A DNA stretch of 63,855 nucleotides, filler included, from Reticulomyxa filosa (lineage: Eukaryota; Protista; Foraminifera), in NCBI GenBank assembly GCA_000512085.1. It is 15 parts of 15 records of this genome, joined end to end, with 100 filler letters (N's around TTAATTAATTAA, not from the genome) between each part and the next. Parts side by side here need not be neighbours in the genome. Positions count along the whole stretch, not along the records: positions 33,165 to 37,818 come from ASPP01005049.1; positions 37,919 to 40,027 come from ASPP01003686.1; positions 40,128 to 42,471 come from ASPP01028479.1; positions 42,572 to 50,085 come from ASPP01002648.1; 11 more parts are not named here. One strand, given 5' to 3'. Below are positions 35,371-47,949 of the stretch, one piece after another. Positions within the stretch are counted from its first letter, which is position 1. Every line of letters begins with the position of its first letter. The notes under the pieces were generated by a model. It made no database searches, had not been told where the DNA came from, and saw nothing but the letters and a program-made list of their open reading frames with translations. The position numbers and the translations under genes were made by a program.

Positions 35371-36652
35371 ATGACTACTCTTAGAAATGGCAAACAAACT
35401 TCAATTCAACCAGTAGTGGTAGAAGAAAACGAGATCCAAATCATTGTCCAGCATTGGACTCGAATATTACACATTAAATTTGGATGGATAAATGAATTTT
35501 ATAAACTAGTTGCCAATTATGTTATGTTGTTTTTTGTTTTTATTTTCATTTAATTGCAATAAAAATAATTTGTTAACACAGGTAACTGCTTTCTTTATAT
35601 TTGACACATTTCGTTCATCATCCAAATTACTCAAAACATTTGATACAAATATAAGCAGTGTATACAGTATTGACTATTCAACAATTTATGGTCTCCAATT
35701 ACTTTGTTCTGCAGGAGATAACATAGTTTGTGTATGGGATATAGAAACAAATCAACAAATTCAATCATTCAATGGACATTCAGATCTTGTAAGTTGTGTA
35801 AAATTTTCACAATATCATTATCATAATTATCATCAAAATATCATTTGCTCTTCATCTGGTGACAAAACTATTTGTTTTTGGGATTTCAAACATAATCGAC
35901 AATTGCAAATATTCAATGGACATACTGAATGGATTGGTGGAATTGAATTCTCGCCATTTTATGGTGGTAGATATTTGTGTTCTGGATCTGGAGATAAAAC
36001 TATTCGCTTATGGGATGTTGAAACATTCAAATCATTACATATTTTCAATGGACATACAAATGTTGTTAGGTGTATTGATATTTCATCATTGCAAAGTAAT
36101 AACAAGAATGAGAATAAAATTAATGATATCGGTGTGATTGGTGGAAATGGATATACAATTTGCTCTGGATCATATGATAATACCATTCGAATATGGGATA
36201 TTGAAACAGCCAAACGATTAACTGTATTCAAAGGACATGAGAATTGGATCATAAGTGTAAAATATGGATCAAACGAATTATTAAATACAATATTATCTGG
36301 ATCATTTGATAAAAGTGTTCGTTTGTGGGATATTCGATCTGATCAACAAATTCAAACATTTAAAGGGCATACTAGTTTTGTGAATATTGTTGAATATTCA
36401 CCATTTATAATTAAAAATAGTGATAAAGCTGTTGGTGGCAATTCAAATGTGATATGCTCTGGATCATATGATAATACAATTCGATTTTGGGATATTCGAT
36501 CAAATAAGAAAGAATTATATGTGATCAAAAAAGATAACAAAAAATATGATGAAATTTATTGTCTTAAATTTATACAATTCAAAAAGAATGAAAAGAGAAA
36601 TGTCAATTTATATTATGGTTCATCTGATGGTATTATTTATGTTTGGAGATAA
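35371..36652 (+). CDS. WD40-repeat protein (expanded family), 2 exons
   Basis: ATG 35371, intron 35521-35581 (GT...ACAG), about seven GH...SGSxDxTIRxWD repeats. Confidence 0.92.
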
Positions 36653-37918
36653 CATTAATAATTCAGCGGGAATGAAAATATTTTGAATCAAAATATCCAA
36701 GAAAAAACATTTAAGATAGGTTTTTTTTGACTTTTCATATGCTAAATTTTATAAAAAGAATGAGTGGTTTAAAGAAAACCAATTAAATAATAATATTTTT
36801 TTTTTTGCTAAATATATTTATTAAGCAAATGCATTCAAACATGTTGTCGGTGCTGAAAAAATAATTAAAATAACTTAATGAATAAACGCAATTGGATTCT
36901 TGAATTATATCCTTCACTTTTTTTTATCCATAACTTTTATTCAATAACACACGTACTTTTATCATCTTCTTTGTTTTTTTACACTTGCATGCACATTTAA
37001 CATTGAATTATGTCAATATCAATATCTTTCTTTACTTGATCATTGAATTAAATGTAGCGATATCAGATTGATCTTGTTGTTTCTTCATTACAGCTCGCGC
37101 ATAACAACTACAAAAAGAAACAATATAAAATTAAAGACTTTATAAAACGGCCAAGAAATAGCAAACCAATCTTTTTATACTTTATACATAATGAACAAAT
37201 GAAATACATAGCAGCACAAAATATTGAAATAAAAAGAAAAGGGAAATGATATTGTACTTGTTTGATTTAATTTAAATATATTTTTAATAATTTCTCTCAG
37301 TTGTTGCAAAAATATTATAATATTCTCAGATTGATTTTTCCTTGATCAACTGAACAAAAATGTCAACCAAAGTTTCTCTTTTCAACAAATTAAAACATCA
37401 ATAAATTGACAAATTTATTTCGTTTAAAAAAAAAATTTATATGAACAGATAATATTGTTATAAGCAAAGTATTCAAACCTTGTCTCCCCAAATAGAAATA
37501 TGACCTCTTCTTGAACCATAACACAAATTATAATCACAGTAATTTCTTTTATCATTTGTTTTCAATTGTATAAATTTAAAACACTGTATTCCATAATGTG
37601 CATTCGTTCTTAGAAAAATAGTATCACCAAATTTCAATTAGTTTTTTTTTGTTTTTAGAGTGGTTTTTTTTTATTTTTAGAGTAGTTTTTTTTTTGAAGA
37701 AAAAAATCAGAGTAGAAAATGAGTTTTTTTTAATCAACAAAAAAATCCTTGACAATTTTTTGAACCTACTTTCTCTAATTCTATGAAAATATCGTATTTT
37801 AATAGAACAGCTTTTGATNNNNNNNNNNNNNNNNNNNNNNNNNNNNNNNNNNNNNNNNNNNNTTAATTAATTAANNNNNNNNNNNNNNNNNNNNNNNNNN
37901 NNNNNNNNNNNNNNNNNN

Positions 37919-39834
37919 TATTATCTTGACCATTTTTATAAAAAGCACTTCCTAAAAGACTATATGAAAAAGCAACATCAGCATTATTTGTTCCAAAAAT
38001 ATTTAATCTTATATTTAATGATTTTTCATGAAATTCAATTGCTTTTTCATGCAATCCTTTATTTCCATATGCCACTGCAGAATTTTCATATAATTGAGAA
38101 ACAAAAGGACAATTATTTCCAAAAATAGTTAATAAAATCTGTAATGCTTTTTCATAAAAATTAATTGCTTTGTCATATTGAATTTTTTCTTCATATCTAT
38201 TTCCAATTAAATTATATGAAACAACGACATAAGGATGAATAAACCCAAAAGAATTAACTGTAATTTCTAAATGTTTATGTAAATAAATAAGTGCATCATC
38301 AAAAAGTTTTTTTTGTAAAGATTCTTCTTTTTTATCTTCAAGATCTTGAAGTTGTACTGGAATATCATAATTAAAATGTTTATTCCATAAAATAGATACT
38401 TTTTTAATTTTTTCATCAATTATAGCATTTTTTGTAATAAATAATTGTGATGTAATATTTACATCTTCTTTACATTGAATTTCACAATTAATTGCATATA
38501 CATTACCATCAATATCTATTTTATTTAATATAATTAATTTTTCTTTAATAATATATACCCAATAATCTTTAAATTGTTTTTTATCTATACTTTCACTACT
38601 TATTGATGTAATAAATGAAGAAAAATTATCATTATTTTTTTTCCATTCAGGTTTATTACATACAACAAAAATTAATCCTTTTTCATTTTTATTAATCATT
38701 TGTTCAACCATTTTTGCTGCTTCTACATTTGATTGTCTCCAATATCTATTCCAATGTTTCTTAAAATCCAAAGTATCTGGGATTTTATTATTTGATATTG
38801 ATACTGGTATTAAATAAACATCAAAATAAGAAGATGTAAACATTTGTATAATTTCTTTTTCTATTCTCTGATCAAATATCATCTTAGTAGTTTGATTAAT
38901 AATAAATTGTAAATTTTTATCTATATTTTGTTCAATGATCTGACAAAAAGTTTCAACAAAATGACTGGCTTTTCCTTTTTCATTTTCTGTAGTGTTTGCA
39001 AATACAGTGAGAACATCTACATCTTGATTATACCATTGTTTGTTTTGCAAATTTTCATTTTTTTGATTAGTGTTTTTTTGTTCACTGGTCACAATTTTCA
39101 TAAATATTTTTGGTTTTCCAACAAAATATTTCATTTGTTTCATAAATATATTTTGAACATCTTTAAAATCCTTTCTTTTATTATCACTTGTGAACAAAAT
39201 ATCTTCATCATTTCCAAATTCTCCATATCCACACCAACAAATATTAATCCATCATAAATATTTTTAGGATCATCTCTCAAATTTGCACAATGTTTGAAGA
39301 TAAAATTATCCAAATCTCTCAAAGTGAGTGATTCTGTACTTGGATTTTGAGGATCGTAAGTATTAAATACTTGATAACCAAATTTTGTTTGAAATAGAGT
39401 TTGTATTAACTGAAGATCTTGTTTTATACTTTTAAAGTATGGACATTGCTCATATTTTATTGCTCCTGCTAGTAATACTAATGCATGTTTTACTTGATAT
39501 GATAACATTATTTCTTTACATTTGTTTTTTTTGAGTTCTATTATTTGTTGTTAAAATTTGTGAATAATTAATTTTTTCAAATAAAATAAAAAAATTAACC
39601 TGATTGAAAATGAGCAATAAAATGAAATTGAGAATTTTGAATTGCTTGTTGAAGATGATTATTCTCTTCAATTTTACGTCCATCCATATCAGTTATTGTG
39701 ACTAAGATATTCTCTTGCTGGTTATCTTTATTTATATTCAAAATTTGTTGTTTTAACTCGTCAATTGTCAAAGATATCAGTTTAAATTGATATTCCTTCG
39801 CATCAATTGTCACAAAGACCTCAAAGATGGACAT
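37919..39834 (-). CDS. PB1/ubiquitin-like + caspase-like (C14 fold, inactive) + TPR protein; one frameshift; 3'-truncated
   Basis: Exon 1 39834-~39600, intron, then HALVLLAGAIKYE...QDLQLIQTLF...FGYQV...YDGLIFV[W]CGYG...GKPKIF, and kinesin-light-chain-like TPRs (HPYVVVSYNLIG...YDKAINFYEKALQI). A 1-nt deletion lies near 39236. Confidence 0.8.
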
Positions 39835-41239
39835 TTCAATTGATGTATTTCAATGTGAACGTATAAATTCTTGATCATATGTTTCCCTTTTTTTTTTTTA
39901 TTAATATGGAATGAACAAAAAAAGTTATTTTGTTAATAAAAATCCAGCTGAGAACGCAATGAAATATAGACAATTTTTAAAAATTTTACAAGCGTGAGTA
40001 TAGTGCAGATTTTAATACAAAAAAAAANNNNNNNNNNNNNNNNNNNNNNNNNNNNNNNNNNNNNNNNNNNNTTAATTAATTAANNNNNNNNNNNNNNNNN
40101 NNNNNNNNNNNNNNNNNNNNNNNNNNNATAAAAAAGGCAATATGCTTTCTGAAAGTTTGTAATAAAGCTTACCAACGCTAGTTGTGTTGATGTTCGCTTC
40201 TCATTGCCAAGAGTTGTCATTTTGTTTTTTTTCTTAGATCGTTTTCGATGATGTAAAATGGAAGATATTGAACTTTTTTCCTCTCAAGGGCAATCAAAGG
40301 GGTTTTCAAAAATATTTTTGGTAACATTAACATGATTAAAATATAAAACATATTGTTTTACTTTCAATTTTCTATTTTTTAAAAAATAAAAACCACAAAT
40401 TATTTATACTCAGAAGAGTAAATTTACTCTAGTTTTTTTTTCTGGAGTGGATTTGTTAGAAAAGGATAAATTGGAGTAGAAAACAGGACCATCCGCTTGC
40501 AAAAATAATTTTCTAATTGGAGTGGGATCTTTTGTGATATCTGTTTTGTAGTTTGAAAGACTTAAGAAAAAAAGGAATTCCTTATTTTGTGATTTTTTTA
40601 AATATCAATTTACTTTTTCTTCATGTCTAAAATAGAGCAATAAATATGAATGTGCATAATAAAACGCTATTCCTTTTTCAGGATTGATTGTAAATTGAAA
40701 ACCCTTTATGCATGTATTTGTCACTTTACTTTTTTTTACAAATACTAAATCTGAAATTAATTTATAATAAATACAAAAATTTTGAATATTGATAAATTTG
40801 ATTTTGTTTTATATACGTTCGTTTCTTTTTTAATAGAATAATTGTATAAACCATAACTATACTCCATAGAGCAATGAATAGTCTAGAATATCTGGCCTTT
40901 TTTATTAAATATGGAATCAGTTTATCTTGTAAGTTGTAATAACCAAATCTTATCTAACTACTTTAAAAAAGAAAATAATGTCCTTTATTGCAGAAAGAAA
41001 TATTCTATTAAACAAATCTTTTTATTTCTTTTTTAGGAATCTTCAAGTCAAGTAAATACTTTTTAAAAAGAATTAGCCTTGTAGTTTTTGAAAAAAATTA
41101 AAATTTAAAATTTAACTTTTTCAAAATTTAGTTTTTACAATTGATTTTTTAATTTCACAACGCCTTTTGCACCAAAAATTAATTTTGTTGAAGCAAAACC
41201 TTGATAGTCTACAATATAAAAGTAAAATGATTTTTCATA

Positions 41240-41525
41240 TAGAACAAGTGTATTTGTTTGGAAAAAAATGTCTGCAAAAATATTTAAAACAAAGCAATGG
41301 AAAAGTCCAATTTAACAACACGATATCATTGCGAATTTGTAAGAGTAAATCTTCGAGACAACAAATTTCGGACTATTGATAATTTGTCCTCAATAATAAG
41401 TTTTGAAAAAGATACAATCAAAAAAGGAAAAAATATTATGAAAAAAAATATATAAAGCCAATGCAGTTACAAAAGAAATGAAAAATCGTTTAAATAAATC
41501 ATGCAAATTAATTTCAATTGAACAT
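41240..41525 (+). pseudogene. RING/TRAF-like zinc-finger remnant
   Basis: Nucleotide similarity to 34310-34390 (ggaaaa.gtccaatt...cattgcgaatttgt.aagag.aaatcttcgagacaa); CLQKYLKQSNGK; many frameshifts. Confidence 0.6.
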
Positions 41526-42000
41526 ATTAAATTTTATATTGTTGTTCAATTGACTCACTTTGTTTCGAATTCCAATGCTAATATACTGTTCATATTTATA
41601 AAAAATAAAAAGTATTTTTTAGTGTAATTTTTTGTGGATAATCCGAATATCAAAGAAAAAATTCATTTTAAAATCTCTATAATCAATAAAAACACATTTT
41701 TAAAATATTTTGTGTGAAATGAAACAAACGTACTTCTACTGTTGTCAACAAATGATGTCAACCTTTTGTTATATCAAGCAGATCGATCATCGACATTATG
41801 TGAAAATCCAAAAGTAATGAAAACAAAAACCAAATAGTTAAGTAATTGTAAGAAAGCATAGTTGTCATATTCGAATTGTAGAAATATTTTTCTCTTGTGA
41901 TATTATGTCATATGGTTTTTATTCTTTATTACTATGTTTTTGTGTGAAACATTTTTTTTTGAATTAATATAATAAATATTTTATTAGTTATAAATAAGAT

Positions 42001-42432
42001 TTATCCCATTGCAGAATGATATCCATTTGGCCCTGTTTGACGAAATTTAGTCTTTTTAGGAATTTCTCCAAAATACATTCTCGATTCATGCAATAAATAC
42101 AAAGTGTGTCTAGATTGAAAATCAGTGCCTTCAGGTATGGGCCAAGGGATGATATCGCTTGCAGTCCAATTGCACTTGCACCACACCTGTGCTCCAAAAT
42201 TTCGAAATGCACGCCCTTCGGTGTGCCACCATTGTTTACCTGGTTCATAATCTCGAGGAAACCAAGCTCTCCCCATGTGGATCATCGCAAACGCTTTTTC
42301 ATCTTTCGGCGTTTGTGGACGAGGACTAACATCACGAATTTGAATTCCCCAAACCACTTCATGTTTTATTCCTACATGCGCCGCTGCAAATATATATCCA
42401 AACATCTCTGTGCCCCAGCCCATTTGGATATG
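42001..42432 (-). CDS. Last exon of an HPAT/SGT1-like (GT95/GT96) peptide O-glycosyltransferase
   Basis: GWGTEMFGYIFAAAHVGIKH matches the family W-x-x-EM[YF]-[GA]-Y-x-x-AAA motif. An AG acceptor lies at 42433-42434. Confidence 0.7.
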   Translation of the reverse strand, partial: HIQMGWGTEMFGYIFAAAHVGIKHEVVWGIQIRDVSPRPQTPKDEKAFAMIHMGRAWFPRDYEPGKQWWHTEGRAFRNFGAQVWCKCNWTASDIIPWPIPEGTDFQSRHTLYLLHESRMYFGEIPKKTKFRQTGPNGYHSAMG

Positions 42433-42571
42433 CTATGTCAGCAAATGTACGCATTATACAAATTATTTTTTNNNNNNNNNNNNNNNNNNNNNNNNNNNNN
42501 NNNNNNNNNNNNNNNTTAATTAATTAANNNNNNNNNNNNNNNNNNNNNNNNNNNNNNNNNNNNNNNNNNNN

Positions 42572-42975
42572 CATATTGACCATCCATCCTAGGTAAGTTT
42601 CCCAATATCCCCGTGTCCGCTGGTACATCTGGAATCTTGCTTCCATGCATCTTGCTTACTTTCATCGTGTTTGGCTTGGGAGCGTTTATCACTGTTTGGT
42701 TCACTGTTTCATACTTGTTTAGCCAATCAGTCAGTACTGTGCTTTTTACTTCCTTTTTATCTTCTTTCCATCCAGTTTGTTCTGCCATTTTTGTACAAAG
42801 TTTGTTTCTTTGTCTTGACTTACTTTGTTTGGTATTGTTTATAAAAATCTTCCGGTACTTTAGATAAGTTACAATTTGTTCGTTTTGCTTGTCTGGGTCA
42901 ATAAAGTTGTTAGTTTTGCTTGAGGTTTAGCAGAAAGTTCAATGATGAAGGGGTTTTTAAAAAGATAGAGATTGC
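42572..42975 (-). mobile_element. 5' end of a second, nested element (UTR plus start of an ORF), truncated by the contig end
   Basis: LINE ORF2 similarity stops abruptly after YYSELYSKDEEEVKE. About 190 nt of A-rich leader follow, then a new ATG at 42788 (MAEQTGWKEDKK...). Confidence 0.4.
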
Positions 42976-45900
42976 TTTGTTGTTCCTTCACTTCTTCTTC
43001 ATCTTTCGAGTATAGTTCACTATAGTATCTTTGTATTATTTTCATCTTTTCTTTCTCATCGATTACTATCTTGCCTCTTTCGTCATGCAGCGAGAAAGTG
43101 CGTACCGGGTCCAGTCCTTTAATTATTTTGTATACATTGTGCGGCTCATTCTTATTGTATGCTATTTGGACTTTGTGCAGTATCATTTTAATCTCGTTTT
43201 CTAGTATTTCATTTTGTATTTGGTTGTATTCGCATATTAGATCTTTTATTTTCTGTCCTGTGTCATTGGGTCTTGTAGCTGTTGGTTTATCTCCTCAATG
43301 ATGTTACGTAATTTACCATGTTGTTCGTCGTTATATTGATTCTATGTGTTATCTATTTGTTTTTGGAAACTATTGTGTTGTTCGTTACCATTGTCTTGTA
43401 TAGTGCGTTCATGAATGCATCATATCATAATACTTCGGCTTTTTTCTATCATCCTTCGTGTCCAGGACTTTCATTAAGTTTCTTCCAAAATCCTCTGCAG
43501 TTTTCCTTACCATCTCATCGTTTCTCCTTACACTCACTCTGAATGGTATCTTTACTATTGACCGCCTTATCTGTATCTGATCTCCACTTTGTAAACGGCA
43601 TCTTATTGGAAAGTGATCTGATCCTGTGTATTCGTTGATTACATTCATTTCGATTTTTACTTGTTCCCACAGTTCATGCTGACTCCTTATTGCATAATCC
43701 ACTATTGATGCTGCCTCATTTTTTGCTTTATTCGCATGGAATGTTCTTTGTCCTTTACAATGTATGCTGTTGAGTATACATAGCAATTGTTTTTTACATA
43801 TTTCTATCACTCTTTGGCCCGTTGCATTTTGTACTGTATCACCTGTTTCTTTCATCCTGGCATTCAAATCCCCCATTATTAGGATTGCATAGCTCATATG
43901 TTGGAATAGTTCTATGAGTTGCACCAATTCCATTAATGTCTTGTCTATGTATTCTTCATTAATTCTGTCTGTTGATGGTATGTATACAAATATTACTACT
44001 AATGGGATATCTTTCATTATCACCGTTGTTATGTGTTCTGATGCATATTCATTTATTCTGATGCTATTCACTAGTCGTTTGTGTATAAATGTGCACATCC
44101 CGTTGCTTGGCTTCATTTGGGATGATGCTCTATAGTACGATGGTTGAAATGTTATTATTGAGTGTTCCGTTTCTGTATTCGTGGTCTGTGCTTTTAGCTT
44201 CGTTTCGCAACAGCCTATTACGTCAGTGTGGTAAGTTGCTAGAAAGTGTTGAAAAGGTGAGTATCTTCTCATCTTGTTTTTGAAGTCTCCATGGATGTTC
44301 AAGAATATTATATTCATGCCGCTTATTTACTTTCCTGCTTCCTGTACTTCCGTTGTTTGTACTATTCTTGCCGCCGGTTGGATAAATCTATGTCCTTCTC
44401 CAGCGTCTTGAAGCCCTAACCCCTCACAGAATGTTACATTACCTTCATTTTCTTTTTCATTTTTATTCGACTTGCTTCGCCAATTGCTTCAATTTTTATT
44501 CGAATTTTTTCCATCTAACTGTCTTTCCAGACTGTGCTCATTATTCTTGATTCTATATTCGTCTCCTTTTGCATTAATCCGATTCCCAATCATTGCAAGG
44601 TATTTTTCCGTTTGTGTCGTCTCCATCGGAATCTCTTGACTTCTTGATGGTGTGTGATCGTCTGCGTTTCGATCGTGTAATTTGTCTATTCTTTTTGTGA
44701 GCATATCCTTCTCCATTGTATGTTTGAGTCTTTGTGGGTCCCGAAATTCTATTCTCGTAATGCCTTCTAGCCTTCCTTTCATCTTTGCTTGCAGGAAGTT
44801 TCTTCGTATTAGCGTTACGTCATTCGTCGTTTCTGCCTTTATTACCATGTACTTTTTATGACCGTTTCTACTGTTCTCCACTCGAACTCTTGGTTCGAAA
44901 TTATCAAAGCTTACTACATTTTTCATTCGCTGTATTGTTTCTTCTGTTTTCTGCTTATTACTGAAAATATGTCCAAAAATTATGATTTAGTCTGTTCTTT
45001 CTTTCCACCTTTGGTTAGCCTTCTAGTCACCTTCCATTTTTTTGGATTCTTTCTATCTTGTGTAATATATTCGCCTTTGACTGGTATCGTCCTGTTTCCT
45101 ATTCATGCTATGGTTTTCCTGTCTAAATCTCCTTTTGTCATAGCTACTTCTGCTTACTCTCGTGCTATCTTTATATTGTGTCGTTCTTTCCTTTACCTTA
45201 TCGTACTCCTTTCTGTGTTCAACTTGTTGTTTTGTTCTTTTCTTTCTATCGTTATGATTTCCACTTGACTATGATATCCTTGTGTCAGTTCCTGCTGCTT
45301 TCTTATTTCCATCATTGCACATCTTGAGTTTTCGTCAATCCTCTGTAAACTTGATTGCGTTTCCTGAATTGATTCTTTTATCTCATTTGTACTTTCTTTT
45401 ATTTCATCCAATTGCTTCACAATTTCCAGTTGCCTAATCTGCATCTCTTCTATTTGCCTTTCATTTAGATCTGCCTTTTTCATCAATGTTACCTGGTTTG
45501 TTGTGATTTCTGCCATTTGGATTTGTAGCGTTATTATTACTTCTAATATCTAGTCTACTTTTCCAATTATCATGTCTTGTTTGTCATCCCTTTCAACTGT
45601 CGCGTCTACCGCATCTTGTTTCTTAAATATGAGATTTGTATCTTTTTGCTTGTCGAAATATTCCTTATCATCTCTTATAAACTGCTTCTCATTTCTGTTT
45701 CCTATATTCTTTTTGTTATTCTCATAGCTGACTCTTTGTGTGTCAAAATTTTGTAGCTCATTGTCAATTTCCATTCCTTGCTATACTGCGCTGTCCCATT
45801 TGTTTTGCATTGCATCTTTTATTATTTCATCCCAACTATACTTGGTGAAATCATTTACTATGCATTCCATTATCGCTGGATTTTTTATTAACTTTGGTTG

Positions 45901-46600
45901 CAATTGTATTTTTGTGCAATCTCCTCAATTGCATGCTCTGTTTCCTTGAATTTCCACATGTGCCCTTTTATATTTTTTGTTGAATGCGTCAAGAAGGTAC
46001 ATTAAGTACAATTATATCCTGCTGAATCTGGCACAATTTCAATCTTTTGTTCCGGATATGTCTTTCCGCCCTGCTTCGCTTTCCTTGGGGCGTTTTTGAT
46101 CACGCTAAAGTCGAAATTCACTTCGTTTTCTTCTTTTGCTTTTTCTTTTGCTTTTACCTTTGTTTTCTCCTGCTGTTTCTCCGGTTTATACTTCATTTTT
46201 TGCAATGCGGCTATGTAACTACGTATATCTTCCAGTCTCACTTCTGCGTCTTTTTGCTGCGCTTTTTCGTCAGTGTGCAACTGTTCTTCTACATTTTGTT
46301 TTGGAGACTGCTTTTTTCCTTCTTGTATTTTGATTGGTGACTTTTTATTGTTTCTCCTTTCTACACTATTTACTTCGTTCATTTGACCCCCGTTGTTCTT
46401 ACCCAAATTTTTACTTGCTTCAAATGTTGCCATTTTACCCAAAAGACTTTTCTGGTGCTTTATTTACTTAGTTAGACTGAAATAGCTTGATTTTTACTTA
46501 CTGAAGAGGTTTGCGAGTTACTGAAAGTCAACCATTAAGGGGACTTCGAAAAGAGAGATAGTCAATAATTTTACTGAATTGCTGTCACTTTATATTTAGC
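42975..46600 (-). mobile_element. Decayed APE-type non-LTR retrotransposon (LINE): ORF1 plus the 5' part of ORF2
   Basis: Intronless with a strong A-rich sense-strand skew. Fragmented coiled-coil ORF1 at about 46433-44327; endonuclease 44317-43409; pre-RT linker LHDERGKIVIDEKEKMKIIQRYYSELYS. The RT core is not present. Boundaries are approximate. Confidence 0.85.
43409..44317 (-). pseudogene. LINE ORF2 apurinic-like (EEP) endonuclease domain
   Basis: FLNIHG, DVIGCCETK, VYIP, IMGDLNAR, RTF, SIVDYAI and SDHFPI motifs are all present. Confidence 0.92.
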
Positions 46601-46733
46601 GTTTCAACAGAGGAAATGACTTAAACAGTTATCGTTTCAAAACAAAAACAAAGAAAGAACACATTTGTTGCATTAAGAAGTTAAAAAAACAACAACAATA
46701 ATATTTTCGTTTTCTGTATTGTATGTATGTATG

Positions 46734-47949
46734 TTATCCCCATATTTTGATTGTATTGTCATCAGAACATGATGCAATTGTATGACCATCGGATGAAACA
46801 TCTACTCTTAAAGTCCAACCCATATATCCTGTAAAACTTTGCATTTCTTGTCCTAATTTTACATCCCATAATCGAATTGTATCATAAGACGAGCAAGATA
46901 CAATAGTTTCACCATCTGGAAAATATCCCACATCTTTCACGCCTGCGTATCCTCTTAATATCTTCAATACTTGTTTTGTCTTCACACTCCATATTCGAAT
47001 TGTCGAATCACTTGAACATGATACAATAAACTGACCATTTGGAGAAAATTTTGCACGTCGTACAAGATTGGAATGTCCTTTCAATCGTTTCAATCTTTTA
47101 CCTGATCGTACATCCCATAAACCAATTGTTTTGTCTTTAGATGATGATGCAATCATTTGTCCATCTGGTGAAAATTGTACACTACATACACCAGAAGAAT
47201 GACCGATCAATGTTTGAATCAGTTTTCCAGAATGCACATCAAATAATCCGATTATTTTGTCTTGTGATGATACAATATATTTACCATCTGGAGAAAAGTT
47301 GATATGCCATATTGCACCAAAATCTCCTTCAAATTTCATTAATTGCTTTCCTGTTTCCACATCCCACAATCGGATTGTTCCATCTTGTGAACAAGATGCA
47401 ACTCTATGTCCATCTGGTGAAAATTCTGCAAAATTAACTTTGCTAAGATGTCCTTTGAGGCAATGAACTTGCTTTTCAGATTTAATCTCCCATATATATA
47501 CTAAATTATTTTCTGATGCCAAAACAATCTTGCAACAATCTGGTGAAAATTTTACACTCTTTATTGCATTGGAATATTTACATAAAACTTTTAGCAATTG
47601 AAAATATTTGGCCTATATATTCATATGTTTGATAATTAATCATATTCATATTTCAAAAAATAAAAACAAATCACTTAAACGTATTTGAAAATCATTTTGT
47701 CAAAATCATAAATCCATCCTAATTTAATTTCAGAAATGCGAAGCCAATTTTTAATCACAAATGTTACGTCTCTTTTTGACTGTTTTTTTTTGTAAACGCA
47801 TAACAATCAGATCCATTTGTGTCAAAGACAAAAAGAGTGGAGAGGCAAAAGCTTACCAACAATGACGCTGTATTCTCGATTTTGTTGATAGTACCATTTA
47901 GTTCTGGACTGAATTGATGTAGCGTTTCTGTAGTTTCATTTGTCTTCAT
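46734..47949 (-). CDS. WD40-repeat protein (FSPDG type), 3 exons
   Basis: Seven FSPDG...SCSxDxTIRLWD repeats in the last exon. Upstream exons carry MKTNETT... and NWLRISEIKLGWIYDFDKMIFKY, with GT-AG introns. Confidence 0.9.

Noticed and set aside
37650-37730. Short agagt(a/g)g-poly-T units, also near 17080 and 40410-40480
   Set aside because: Too short and low-complexity to define an element by eye.
44327-46442. Stop-codon reassignment to explain the in-frame stops
   Set aside because: All three stop codons occur together with frameshifts, and host genes in the window end normally with TAA or TGA. Decay explains the pattern.
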